A stretch of DNA of 64,000 nucleotides, taken from IMG/VR virus record IMGVR_UViG_3300028653_000011, one strand, 5' to 3'. The notes beneath the pieces are model-generated. The model saw nothing but the letters and a program-made list of their open reading frames with translations, ran no database searches and was not told the DNA's origin. The position numbers and the translations under genes are program-made. This DNA comes from a virus. Taxonomy: Duplodnaviria; Heunggongvirae; Uroviricota; Caudoviricetes. Positions 16,101 to 25,654 of the stretch are shown piece by piece (the first letter of the stretch is position 1; the number at the start of each line of letters is the position of its first letter).

Positions 16101-16652
16101 GAACGTGGTGAACGAGGACGACGAGAGTAAGGTGCCCTGATTCTCGACCTTGATGCTGCCCCCGCCACCCGTGGCAATCGAACGCCACTGTCCGCTGAGC
16201 CAACACAACATCAATGAACCGTAGGCTGTCGTCATCGTTTGCAGCGCGATATCGTCGATCAATTGGTCAGGCGCACCCGGGTAGACATTGATGTTCGTTT
16301 GTGAAGCAATGCCCGACATGTCTTTGACAATGAGTAGTTGGCCGTCGCGCGGGTTCGGTGGCAGGTAGGCATTGATGTTACCTGCCGTCGGCGTGGCTTG
16401 AGTGACGATGCCAGCGAATGACACATCATTGGAGACGTTGACGACGTTGTGCGTACGATCGACACTGTACTCGGCGCTGTTGAGCGAGAAGCGACCCAAC
16501 AGTTGCAGCTCGGCTGGGTTGCCGAGCAGGCCGATCTGCATGTCCGCAGGTACAGCGATCCTCGACACTTCACCCGTGTTGACGTCACGGACACTGATGA
16601 ACAGTGACTGCTTTGCGTGCTCGAGGGTGCCCGGGTTAGCTGCCATGATCAT
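13170..16652 (-). CDS. Long fibre-like virion protein with internal repeats
   Basis: Three W.D..YTTSS..FYVSG..TNSLGQ modules and three A.Y....LP..R.L.AG.GI modules; short GxP stretch. Confidence 0.75.
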   Translation of the reverse strand: MIMAANPGTLEHAKQSLFISVRDVNTGEVSRIAVPADMQIGLLGNPAELQLLGRFSLNSAEYSVDRTHNVVNVSNDVSFAGIVTQATPTAGNINAYLPPNPRDGQLLIVKDMSGIASQTNINVYPGAPDQLIDDIALQTMTTAYGSLMLCWLSGQWRSIATGGGGSIKVENQGTLLSSSSFTTFNFSGSAVTAIDQGGGTALILISGTTGAPGPTGSAGASGIFNVTGSGWTTVMDIDFTTMASASFTTDGYYSIGSNSLGQSLTWGKANSSHEVTHVSVGTTDGMVFNPIGNTPFSAYTIQQRTAPLFSCSLANISNLIDWGTCIRVFVDVGTWNVSNPNGANSYVFIATDNGTTSSMTSMAYGTRNSGGWDYEIDVGSPIASQKYHQLFGPEDGSFYIVTPSVDGCWMMEFSNLMQPPLYGFYHAAVSSGPFPSLSTFKPLGMMGGGTDITYMSNVQSANPTIANMAFVFGAAVEPSVTLTVSIKRLRIDINTGGGTAIINTGSFITNAITQSITQSITQYVDNIWFDGGNQAYSTGTIAVVTSASFAPPGTIFYVSGGAGKFMNGITGSLTQTPTAGNPFIVGTGTIAITTNSLGQIIISGSGGGAGTITAVTSSGGTSTSTVGSVVTVSSSVVTVTGNGGTSVTNGGGTTFNVSSSVGADPTANYILYTADAQLPNALILTSSGGTSLQLLSRPNLIVSSAVGADLYASYLLASGSAQDLKARTLAAGSGISLVDGGPGSSLTITAIGGGTGGGGSVWVDGNNKAYTTSSIAIDPRGLYATTDGVDTWFYVSGTIGLTGSAGRKSVFGGDVYISGSAFILGGLTGSITQTSGGLAFIVPLGPGISISTNSLGQIVVGNTKTGDDKASYLVLSTTASLPNDRSLAAGTGIVFTDLGPGSTLTISANGQGLSTAGGWTDTGHGVYTTSSVSIDSQGRTAGQIGTDVYLFVSGAHNNGNKALFGGDVFVSGSLTAVMGLSGSLTTLNTGLAYLVAGPNVTVVTNSLGQVIISGSAGGSVTGSTEYRIDGLPILAGAATTTLNSGTKQLVGSCYFDATKLNKSIDTINYTFRASLAPAGIGGNAYVDLYDYNGIVRFPPGPIVGAVLTGSAQGTLTRQSVSLTPVLSSVTGSGILAARAWIDTGGTACTITDVGLDLEWL
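15089..15119. repeat. 12-bp tandem repeat encoding ITQS
   Basis: GGGTGATCGACT twice plus a partial copy. Confidence 0.8.
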
Positions 16653-16655
16653 TCA

Positions 16656-19600
16656 TCACAGTGTGATGTTGCCCTGAGGATCCTGCGTGATGGTCGTGAT
16701 CGACTGATTGAGTGTCTGAACGTTGATAGCGTTCCTGCTCGTTGGAGTGTCCTCGATGTACGGAAACGACGAAGTGCACTCAAAGCTCAAGTTGTTTGAC
16801 CATGTGTTGGCGGGATCCGTTAGGCGCCCACCGGTGCCGATGAATTTGACAGTGATGACGCCGGGTTGGGTACCTTGCCTAAAGTGTGGATCCGACGGAG
16901 CGTTCTCGGGTGACTGGTAGTACTTGGCGTAGGGACGTTGCTCCAACATGTCGCGGAATTGGCCGTACTTGTTGCGGCGCCAGTAGGCCTTGCTGAACGT
17001 CGGCAGCCCACTGTGAACGCCGTACTTCCACCCTCTAATCTTAGGTGAGTAGAGGTAGGTGTTGTTGTCGGTCTGCACGTGGGTGCCATCTGGGTGTGGG
17101 CCGGCCTGATCACGGAATTCGGCAAAGTGATTGGTACCCAACAGCGATACCGATGCATCGAGGTTGGTGTACAGGTTACAGGTGTTGTTGTCACCAAAGC
17201 CGAACAGCGCGCGGGCCGCGTCGGCAGACGGCACTGATCCTGTCGTGTAGTAGCCGAAGCTGTTGGTCGACAACAGGTTGACGTCAGCGACCCACTGGTT
17301 GATGACGGTACCCGACAACTTGGAGATGGTGCCCGTCACGTTGGTCAACGCCGTCCCAATCGTCCCCGGGCCGAAGAAAAAGCCAACCAGCGCCGCCGGT
17401 GCCGAAGGAGATGCAGGTTGCGGGACGATGATCTGAAACGGAATGCCAAAGATGATGACAGTGTTGATCACGGGCGCGGGCAAGTACAGGTTAGAGACGA
17501 TGCCAGTGTAGAAGTCGAGCTGCCGCGACACTCCCAAGTACCGAGGCTCAAACGGGTAGGCCTTCGTCCAGTTGCAATTGATGATGTTGCTGAACAGTGA
17601 GGCCTTGTCGCCGCTCAATTGGTCAAACCAGATCCACCCGATGTTGGTGGGACCGATGGCACCGCTGGCGAATTCTACCTGTTGCGGGTTACCGAAGATA
17701 CTGGTGGGGGAGATGAAGATGCCTGTGGCGTCGGCGGCAAAGCAATCGTCGATCTTGGGCATCATTGAATCATAGAAGCGTTCGGTGTTGTCGGTGAATT
17801 GTGACAACCTGACTGACCCAAACTGCTCCCACCAGGGTTGAGTGCGGTAGGCCTTTGATGTGTTGAGCGCGAGATCGGTAGAACTCGTCGTTAGTGTCGA
17901 CACGTTCTGTGAATTGATGATGCTGAGCATACGGGTGCGGTTGCCTTGAATGAAAGCCGCCGAACCCGAACCTTGCGTTGCCGGCGTCGTCAACGTCAAT
18001 AGGTTGCCCACCATGACGTTGTCGGTAAAGCTGCCCGTGTACTCGGCGCGGTAGGCCGACTCGAACTGGTCGAGGACGGGCTCGGCACCCAACAGTTCGT
18101 GGATGTCATCGGACGCCAGAGGTTGATTGAGGGTGTCGTGGTACTCGGCACCCGCTTGAATCTGACTGCCGTACAACGTGACGTTGATGGTGCCCGCGCG
18201 CAGGGTGACGTCGTGGCCCGTGGCGCCGAACGTACCTGAGAATAGTGGTGCGGCGATGTTACCGTCACTGTACAGAACGGGACGCGTCTTGGAAATGCTG
18301 AGGATCAACTTGTCGCCCGGCATCACCAAGTACGGCGACGGAAAGTGGGTGACCATGGAGATTGCGGCGTATGAATCGATCACTGAGATGTTGTTGTTGA
18401 GTGCGGCGGTGATCTGTGCAGGGATAGTGCCCGAGATGTAGAAGGGATTGGGCACGGTCAAGCCCGTTTGATCGGTTAACCCCTGCAGGGTGACGTACTC
18501 ATTGCCCAAGACACTGCGACCCGACTGATCAAAGCCCGTGCCGGCGCGACCGAAGGGAGAGATGTAGGCATAGATCGTCTCTTGTTGCACCGTCACTGAC
18601 CCCGGCGAGCCCAACACCAACGTCGGAGTTTGCAGTAGGTTGAGGGCACCCACCTTGTTCTGCGCACCGGTACCGTTGAAGAACCTGCTGAATTCCAGCG
18701 TCGGGCCGACCGCGCTGAGGGCCTGTGCTGTCACCGCGACTGAACCCGTGAAAGTGTTGCCCCCGACCGGGACGACGGCACCGGGTGAAGAACCTGCATA
18801 GTGAACGAAGCCCACGGGCCTGAGTTGAAAGTTGGAGTCGAACGCCGGAAAGTTCGACAACACGACATTGTTGATCATGTCGTTGGAGTGTGTCAGTGTA
18901 CCCGTCAAGATCAGGTCACGAAGGGCCGGCGTCGATGAATTCTCCGACAGTTGAACCTGTCGGAACAGCGCGACGGTGATGCCGGGACCACCAAAGTCAA
19001 ACGATGAACCCACCTGATCGAGCACGCTAAAGCACTGTGTGATGTCAGCGAACCAGCCGGCGCCCATCGCCAGCGGAATTTCAAACACCGCCTTTTCGAT
19101 CAGGAAAGGTGCGTTGATGGGCAGGGTGAACGTTTCGGCCGGCGTGGCGGCGTAGCGATCACAGTTCCTGACGCTGTTGGCATATGATGTGCCAAGCACT
19201 TGTGCGCTCAATGTCGGATCCCACGTCAGACCGATGTTGGGATCCGACTGCAGGTTGTGGGTGATGGTACCCGAGGAGATGATGTTGCCGACAGGACCAA
19301 AGCCCTTGGAGTCTTCAATGATGCCGAGACCTCCACCCGAGAATTGAATGGGATTTGTCCAATCACCGCCCGTAGATCCGGGTGACGGGACGCTAGCCGT
19401 CAGGCCGAGCACGTAGCTCGAATTGAATGGCACTTCCCAACACTTGGTCTGTGCATTGTAGTAGTAGATGCTCGACGTCAGGCCGGGCATCACCACCTGC
19501 GTGTTGACCGGGAATTGTACCCTGACCTGCGTCTTAGACTTCAATTGCTGATCGAAGTTGGCAGCAAACGTCGCCAGGCTCGAACCCGTAGCATAGAACG

Positions 19601-20972
19601 ACGACGTCAGCGTTGCTTGATCTTGTTCGTACCTACGGTCCTCGTTGAAGGCTGGCATGGAGGTAGGCGGCAATTCACCGACGTATGCATCGATGGCGCT
19701 CTTGACGACGCTGCCCGTCACCAACATGTCATTGCTGAACAGGTTTTGCCGCTCGAACGTGCCGGGAGCGGTGCCACCAAAGAAGCGTGGCAGCGTCGTC
19801 GGATAATTGGTGATGATGCCGCCTGCTTTGCTGCTCCCGCTGCCTGAGACGGCAAACGTCGTAGTGTACTGCGGTGATCGACGATCATCGAAGCCACCCA
19901 ATGACACTCCCAATCGATCGTCTCCCGTCCGTGCGACGAGGGGCAATGACAGCCGCGAACCCAACTTTCTGACCGACGACCGAGGCAATACTTGGCGCCT
20001 GTTGACGGGTGGTGAAAAGGTGAAGACGCTGCCCGCCGACGTCAGGCCGGGCCAATTGAACTGTGGGCGGAGGCCAATGACATACGACGCGCTGGCATTT
20101 GCCTCTTCATTGCCCGGGCCCAAGACGTCCATGAACGACGCATTGTACGTGAAGCCCCCGTAGATGTATTCCTGCCGTGACCCATCGAGGTAACCGAGGC
20201 CCTGAGCAAAGTCACGAAAGCGGTTGGTACCATTGGGCATGAAGATACCGATGGTCGCGCCCTCGAACGTGGAGTTAGTCTGTCGGATCGACGTGCGAGG
20301 AGTGTACCTGAACTCGATCGTCCCATTCTCATAGATGACAACTTCGTAGGAGATCACCGATGACGCATCGAGGATGTTGTAGTAGTTGGTGATGACTGAC
20401 CAGCGAACGATCAGGCGGCGACCCTTCGTCGACCTAACGTCTTGAAAGTACCTGACGCCGAAGGCGGTGCCATTGACGTGAGGATCCATCGGTTCAATGC
20501 CGTACTTGAGGTTGTTGACCTTCTGCGTGGAGTAATAGAGACCCAACTGGTCAGGTGTGCTGGCAATGTTGCGGGAGTCATCGAACCACGGTGCCAGCAG
20601 CACCGCCTTTGAAGTAAAGGTGGGCTTGATGAATGGGTTCTGCCAGATGCCGGAGCTGATCACCTCGTTGGCAGCAAAGGTCCCCGTTGTCGGATCGACC
20701 AGTACCATCCACCCATGATTGACGACGACGAACTGTTTGTAGGTGATGCCGTCAAACAAGAAGTCAAAGCCGATCTGAAATGGGCCGCCGACGGCATCGC
20801 CCGAGAAGCCCACACCAGGATCCTGATAACCTCCCAGTGCCGGCGAACAGGGCGTGAATCGATTGTCAGTGACGTTGGTCAGGCCCGCGCTCTGGTCGAC
20901 GACACGCGTCAGCACATAGTTCTCAAATCGGCGCGAAGGAGGCGTGCGGGTCGATGTGGGTGTGCCTACCAT
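16656..20972 (-). CDS. Large virion structural protein (tail/baseplate-associated)
   Basis: 1438 aa, beta-rich; C-terminal IRGWKYG and YGQFRDMLEQR; located in the baseplate operon. Confidence 0.7.
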   Translation of the reverse strand: MVGTPTSTRTPPSRRFENYVLTRVVDQSAGLTNVTDNRFTPCSPALGGYQDPGVGFSGDAVGGPFQIGFDFLFDGITYKQFVVVNHGWMVLVDPTTGTFAANEVISSGIWQNPFIKPTFTSKAVLLAPWFDDSRNIASTPDQLGLYYSTQKVNNLKYGIEPMDPHVNGTAFGVRYFQDVRSTKGRRLIVRWSVITNYYNILDASSVISYEVVIYENGTIEFRYTPRTSIRQTNSTFEGATIGIFMPNGTNRFRDFAQGLGYLDGSRQEYIYGGFTYNASFMDVLGPGNEEANASASYVIGLRPQFNWPGLTSAGSVFTFSPPVNRRQVLPRSSVRKLGSRLSLPLVARTGDDRLGVSLGGFDDRRSPQYTTTFAVSGSGSSKAGGIITNYPTTLPRFFGGTAPGTFERQNLFSNDMLVTGSVVKSAIDAYVGELPPTSMPAFNEDRRYEQDQATLTSSFYATGSSLATFAANFDQQLKSKTQVRVQFPVNTQVVMPGLTSSIYYYNAQTKCWEVPFNSSYVLGLTASVPSPGSTGGDWTNPIQFSGGGLGIIEDSKGFGPVGNIISSGTITHNLQSDPNIGLTWDPTLSAQVLGTSYANSVRNCDRYAATPAETFTLPINAPFLIEKAVFEIPLAMGAGWFADITQCFSVLDQVGSSFDFGGPGITVALFRQVQLSENSSTPALRDLILTGTLTHSNDMINNVVLSNFPAFDSNFQLRPVGFVHYAGSSPGAVVPVGGNTFTGSVAVTAQALSAVGPTLEFSRFFNGTGAQNKVGALNLLQTPTLVLGSPGSVTVQQETIYAYISPFGRAGTGFDQSGRSVLGNEYVTLQGLTDQTGLTVPNPFYISGTIPAQITAALNNNISVIDSYAAISMVTHFPSPYLVMPGDKLILSISKTRPVLYSDGNIAAPLFSGTFGATGHDVTLRAGTINVTLYGSQIQAGAEYHDTLNQPLASDDIHELLGAEPVLDQFESAYRAEYTGSFTDNVMVGNLLTLTTPATQGSGSAAFIQGNRTRMLSIINSQNVSTLTTSSTDLALNTSKAYRTQPWWEQFGSVRLSQFTDNTERFYDSMMPKIDDCFAADATGIFISPTSIFGNPQQVEFASGAIGPTNIGWIWFDQLSGDKASLFSNIINCNWTKAYPFEPRYLGVSRQLDFYTGIVSNLYLPAPVINTVIIFGIPFQIIVPQPASPSAPAALVGFFFGPGTIGTALTNVTGTISKLSGTVINQWVADVNLLSTNSFGYYTTGSVPSADAARALFGFGDNNTCNLYTNLDASVSLLGTNHFAEFRDQAGPHPDGTHVQTDNNTYLYSPKIRGWKYGVHSGLPTFSKAYWRRNKYGQFRDMLEQRPYAKYYQSPENAPSDPHFRQGTQPGVITVKFIGTGGRLTDPANTWSNNLSFECTSSFPYIEDTPTSRNAINVQTLNQSITTITQDPQGNITL

Positions 20973-20973
20973 G

Positions 20974-22056
20974 TCAGTACGTCATCCCTCCGAAGGACAG
21001 TGAATCGGTGCCATTGACCACAACGTTATCATACCACCACCCACACGTTGCAGATCGCTGATTGAAGTGAATGTAACTATCAGTTGACCCGGTCATCAGC
21101 GACAGTGCACCGACGAGCGACGAATCTTCCGACGAGACGGCCTGATTATTGCGGACGTAGCGGGCATCGACAAAGGCACCCACCGCCGAACCGCTGACAA
21201 CGTCGGCCGCCGGCGGTGCAGCAAGGACTTCAATGATGCTGCTCGATGCCACGTGTTTGACGCCACCAACGATGGTAGTGACGAAGCGATGTAGGGTGAT
21301 GTTCTGTCCATTGTCGCTGAAAGGAGGCTGGTGCAGGCGCGTGTTGTAGTAGTCAACGGTCCTGACTTGGTCGGATCCACCGTTGACATCAACGTTGCCG
21401 GAACCCGCCTCGCCGACAACGAGGTGAGGGTTTGACGGCACATCACTATTGTAGAACGATGGTTGTAGGCGAATTGCCAGTGGCTCAATGGTGCCATTGA
21501 GGGTGGTGTAGCTGATGTCCTGTTGCGTGCGGTACCTGACGACGCCGTCAGTCGTCTTGACGCTGGGCCCGGTCTTGTAGGTCAGTGAATTTTGTGCCGG
21601 GGCAGGAGCATTGGGTGCCGTCGGCAATGCTTGAATGGGAAACAGCACGATCGGAAAGGTCGGACTGTTCTTGACGACCGACGACGGAAAATTGAAGTAC
21701 GACGTATCGTTGTCTGCAAAGGGGTTCGACGTGGCGGGACCCTGTTCGCCGTACCACGTCACCAACAGCTGGTGACCTGCTTCGCCTGACCACACCTTCG
21801 CGAAGCCTGCGTCGTGCCTCTTGAGCTGCGTCAATTCAACGCCTTGGGTGTAAGCGTCGATGGCTGACGTGTCGGTGCTGCCCGTCGCCAGGCCGTACGT
21901 CGGTACGATGGATCCCGACACTAGTGATGACGATAGAATCAGCGTCGTCTTCGACAACGGGATTGCAGGTGGAGTCGATTCATCGAATCCAGGATTGAAG
22001 CCGTGTTGCAGGCTCGGGTCGTAAAAGATGTCGAGGTCGTTTAGGAAGCGGGGCAT
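20974..22056 (-). CDS. Virion-associated hypothetical protein
   Basis: Tightly coupled within the structural operon. Confidence 0.65.
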   Translation of the reverse strand: MPRFLNDLDIFYDPSLQHGFNPGFDESTPPAIPLSKTTLILSSSLVSGSIVPTYGLATGSTDTSAIDAYTQGVELTQLKRHDAGFAKVWSGEAGHQLLVTWYGEQGPATSNPFADNDTSYFNFPSSVVKNSPTFPIVLFPIQALPTAPNAPAPAQNSLTYKTGPSVKTTDGVVRYRTQQDISYTTLNGTIEPLAIRLQPSFYNSDVPSNPHLVVGEAGSGNVDVNGGSDQVRTVDYYNTRLHQPPFSDNGQNITLHRFVTTIVGGVKHVASSSIIEVLAAPPAADVVSGSAVGAFVDARYVRNNQAVSSEDSSLVGALSLMTGSTDSYIHFNQRSATCGWWYDNVVVNGTDSLSFGGMTY

Positions 22057-22057
22057 G

Positions 22058-25000
22058 TCAATACTTCACGATCTGGCCGACGACCTGTTGTAGCAGGATG
22101 ACGCTGTCGAGGTTGGTGCGGATCGAATCACCGAGATAGATCTGACTTGATAGGTACTCCTGCTTGTGACGTTCGAGCATGTGTGACTCGATGGTGAAAT
22201 TGACGCCCTTGAAGTTGGTCTTACGCGGGATCAATTGCTCAATGAAGGTGCCGATCGATGAGTCAAACCAACGGAAGAAGTCGAAGAAGGCAGCAAAGTT
22301 CAACTTCTGCTTGATGCGATTGAAGTAGACGTTACGCAAGTTCTCGATGTCAGGATAATCGGGTGAGAACAGCAGATCAGGAGAACCCATCGCGTTGTCG
22401 AGCGAATCAAGGGTACCGAAGATGGCAATGATGTCGCGGTTCAATGCGTCGAGCAGCGAAAACTCCATGATGAACCTGACATCATCGGTGGGTTGTTCGC
22501 TGGGGTTGATCTCATAGACGGGTGCCAATGAAGCCCACGGCGTCTTCTGCACCAGCGCAAAATCCTGGTACGAGCGCGATCTGACCTTTTCATTGGTCGT
22601 CGCCTCGTCGAAGTAGGGACTGAAGAAGCTGAGGTCGAAGACCTCACCGACCACGGTCTCCGCCGTCGTTGGGAAGTTGGTGCCCACCAGGTGCAAGTTA
22701 TTCTCGCTGAAGTCAATGAGGGTGATCGCTCCGGTGGGACCAAGGCTTGCCGTTGCGTTGGCCGTCCTAACGTCCTGTTTCACCATTGCATTCAGCCTCA
22801 TCTTACCCCATGAGCCTGATTGAGACGTCACGTAATTCCAGTTGGTCAGTGGGTCTTCAACGCCGGTTGAGCTGTAGTTCCTAATGTGCTCTTCCCACTC
22901 TGTCTCATTCAACGCCCGAGACCAGAACCTGACATTGCTGAGCCGACCATTGAAAGCGGCACTGCGTGCTTCACTAGGGGCCGCCAGATTATTGTTCAGG
23001 AAGCTGTAACCTACTCCAGTACCGGCGGGAATGATTTGTGTGGTGCCCACTGCGAGGAACGGGCCGTGAGCGTTTGATGCAGCGTTCAATTGCGTGAAGG
23101 CGTTGACCTCTCCACGCGGCGCTTCCTGAAAAAATGAGCTCGTCGTCGTCAAGTACTGCACCGTACCATTGTTCTGGTAGCCCAATCTCAGGAAGTACGA
23201 CGACGAGACGGAGCTGTTGAGGCCGTCGTCACCGCGCTGGCAACCAAAGCTCACGTTCCACCGATCACCATTGAAGATGCCGAGGGGCGGCGGGCCCGTG
23301 TAGACGTTGGGCACCGGCGTGTCGAGTTCAAGGCGGAGGACGGGTGAACCCGAGCCCGTCAATGCTCCCGCACAGACGTACAACACTAGCTTGGGTTGCA
23401 CTGACGATGAGATGGCCAATAGGTTGGCAATGATGCCAGCACCGCCGTTGTTATTGCACGCCAAAGTGCCCGTGACACACAGCCGGGCCAGTGACTGCGT
23501 GGAACTGGTCTGCACTGCAATCGATGCCGGCGTGAACTTGACGATGCCTTCCCACGTCCAGCTACCTGACGTCAACAGGCCGTCGCTGGGCACCGTGGTA
23601 CCCACGTTGTGACCCTTACCATCGATGACGAAGGTACCTGCAGGTGGTGGAAAGCCCGGCTCCACGCGTGAGGCTGACAAGTAAGGCGAGATCACCGTGC
23701 TGGCCGTGGTGAATTGCACCATTGCTCCGGGTTCGATCTTGCTCTCGCGGGCGAACGATAGCGCCTGTGTGGTCGGCCCGCCCACTTCGCGAAGTCGCAT
23801 GATGTTGTTGGGATCAATGCCCACCGCGCGGAGGAAGGCCTGAATGCTGTACTGCGTGCCCTTGGAACGAATGACAGACGGCAGGTTCTTGAGCACCCGC
23901 CGCGTCAGCGTGTGTTGCACGTAACGCAGTGTATTGTCGTTGGTCGCATACTGGTCAATGTCGACGTTTTCACCCCTGACATACTGATCAATGTCAGAGT
24001 CGGCGAACATGGGTGGCATGAAAAAACCCGTGTTGCTGATCAAGTTGTTCAAGAAGTTGTCAGGGACGGTGTCAGCGGCAATGACGTCGCCAGTATCGTA
24101 GTCGACGGTTCTCAACGTGGTGAATGAATCAACGAACAACTTGATGTCGTCAAAGAAACGTGCGTAGATGTACAGCAATGACACCAAGATCTGCACGTTG
24201 CCCATTTTACCCTGGCCCGGCAACCCGTTGCCCGCGTAGGCTTGATTAGCAGTCCCCTCGGGTTCTTGAAAGCCATCCTGCATTGCACCTTCTAGCAGGT
24301 AGTGCTGTGGGATCAATTTAGTGATCAGGTTGGGATTCTCCTGATCGTAGGCACTGGCACTGGCCAACAGCGCTTGGTTGAGCGCAACGATGGGGGCATA
24401 TGCCGGAAACAACACGGGGCACGACTCGGGTCGTTCGAAAGTGATGGGACTGAGCGGGTCAGCCGCTGCATTGAGGCGCAGCGTGCCAGTGAAATTGCTG
24501 ATCAACGCGTGCAGTGAATTGCCGCTGGAGTCGAGCACAATGCCATTGATGACGTCTGATGCGGACAGCGTGATGGGCGGAGGTGGCTCATTGAACTTGT
24601 AGTACAGCACCAGATCGGTCGTCGCGTACAGTGCCTTTTGGGCATATGCCTGTTGTTGGGTGGGCGTCCGTGCCGAGAAGAACATGCGAAATTCGTCAAG
24701 GGTACCTGACAACGTTTGTGTCGGTGTGGTCGTCGTCGTGCCGAGGATGAATGCCGTCCCACTGCCGATGATAAAGTTTGAGGAATCAATGGCCAGGTTA
24801 CCCATCTCGACCATGGTCGGCGATTTGGCGACTGGGATGCCTTGCAAAAAGGCCTCAAGGAAGGGCATGCCGTCATCACGGTTTAATTCGACCGCGATGT
24901 GGTTGAACTGGCCCTTGGTCAATTGAACGGGCACTGACATGTAGCTCGAGCCCGATACCACGCTAAACTGTGCGGTGACAGACGATGTCGATGCGGTCGT

Positions 25001-25627
25001 CAACAAGCACAGTGAGTAACCTTGCGTTGCGGGGCCCGCGGCGGTGCCCGACAACATCTGACAGACGACTTGGGTGCCATTGGCGATCGGCGGCAGGTAC
25101 AGCTGCATCTCGAGCGTGAGGCTGGTTGAACCCGTCGGATTCAACACAGGCAGGCCCGTGTCGTTGGTCGACAGTTCTGGGAACAAGGCTCCTGCGCGGT
25201 TCTGGACGACGATGTAGGTGCCTGCGGTGGGTGCCGTCTCCGACGTCTGTGTGCCAGAAAACGTCAGTTCGCCGTGATAGACCGGAAATTGGTCAAACAC
25301 CCACTTGTCGAAGCCCGACAGGTTGTCAAAGAACACCTCGGTCTCCTGCCGGGTGCCGTCGAACGGAAACCCATTGATGATCTGGTCAAAGGCCAAGTTG
25401 ACCTTGGCTTCGGCCGCCATGAAGAACGTGTGATTCTGGAACTGCGACCAGTCAACGTTGAGCTGCTGCGTTGACTTGATCCCGCCAGCCGCAGCATCGT
25501 ACTGAAATGAGGCGGTGCTGGCGATGTTAGTGTCGCTGACGGCCGACCATACCAGTGACAGAGGACGGTTACCCGCGACGGCGGCCCTCAAGAACGATGG
25601 AATGTAGGGGGTGGGCGTTACGCTCAT
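22058..25627 (-). CDS. Baseplate-associated protein with LamG/ConA-like domains
   Basis: LSGTLDEFRMF-YYKFNE and FNGRLSNVRFWSRAL LamG-type motifs; SKGT wedge-like motif; IESHMLERHK. Confidence 0.75.
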   Translation of the reverse strand: MSVTPTPYIPSFLRAAVAGNRPLSLVWSAVSDTNIASTASFQYDAAAGGIKSTQQLNVDWSQFQNHTFFMAAEAKVNLAFDQIINGFPFDGTRQETEVFFDNLSGFDKWVFDQFPVYHGELTFSGTQTSETAPTAGTYIVVQNRAGALFPELSTNDTGLPVLNPTGSTSLTLEMQLYLPPIANGTQVVCQMLSGTAAGPATQGYSLCLLTTASTSSVTAQFSVVSGSSYMSVPVQLTKGQFNHIAVELNRDDGMPFLEAFLQGIPVAKSPTMVEMGNLAIDSSNFIIGSGTAFILGTTTTTPTQTLSGTLDEFRMFFSARTPTQQQAYAQKALYATTDLVLYYKFNEPPPPITLSASDVINGIVLDSSGNSLHALISNFTGTLRLNAAADPLSPITFERPESCPVLFPAYAPIVALNQALLASASAYDQENPNLITKLIPQHYLLEGAMQDGFQEPEGTANQAYAGNGLPGQGKMGNVQILVSLLYIYARFFDDIKLFVDSFTTLRTVDYDTGDVIAADTVPDNFLNNLISNTGFFMPPMFADSDIDQYVRGENVDIDQYATNDNTLRYVQHTLTRRVLKNLPSVIRSKGTQYSIQAFLRAVGIDPNNIMRLREVGGPTTQALSFARESKIEPGAMVQFTTASTVISPYLSASRVEPGFPPPAGTFVIDGKGHNVGTTVPSDGLLTSGSWTWEGIVKFTPASIAVQTSSTQSLARLCVTGTLACNNNGGAGIIANLLAISSSVQPKLVLYVCAGALTGSGSPVLRLELDTPVPNVYTGPPPLGIFNGDRWNVSFGCQRGDDGLNSSVSSSYFLRLGYQNNGTVQYLTTTSSFFQEAPRGEVNAFTQLNAASNAHGPFLAVGTTQIIPAGTGVGYSFLNNNLAAPSEARSAAFNGRLSNVRFWSRALNETEWEEHIRNYSSTGVEDPLTNWNYVTSQSGSWGKMRLNAMVKQDVRTANATASLGPTGAITLIDFSENNLHLVGTNFPTTAETVVGEVFDLSFFSPYFDEATTNEKVRSRSYQDFALVQKTPWASLAPVYEINPSEQPTDDVRFIMEFSLLDALNRDIIAIFGTLDSLDNAMGSPDLLFSPDYPDIENLRNVYFNRIKQKLNFAAFFDFFRWFDSSIGTFIEQLIPRKTNFKGVNFTIESHMLERHKQEYLSSQIYLGDSIRTNLDSVILLQQVVGQIVKY

Positions 25628-25654
25628 GTGGCTGCCGTAGCTACGTATTGAAGC

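Noticed and set aside
13170-16652. Diversity-generating retroelement target in the fibre gene
   Set aside because: No reverse transcriptase and no near-identical TR/VR pair seen; repeats are diverged and in-frame
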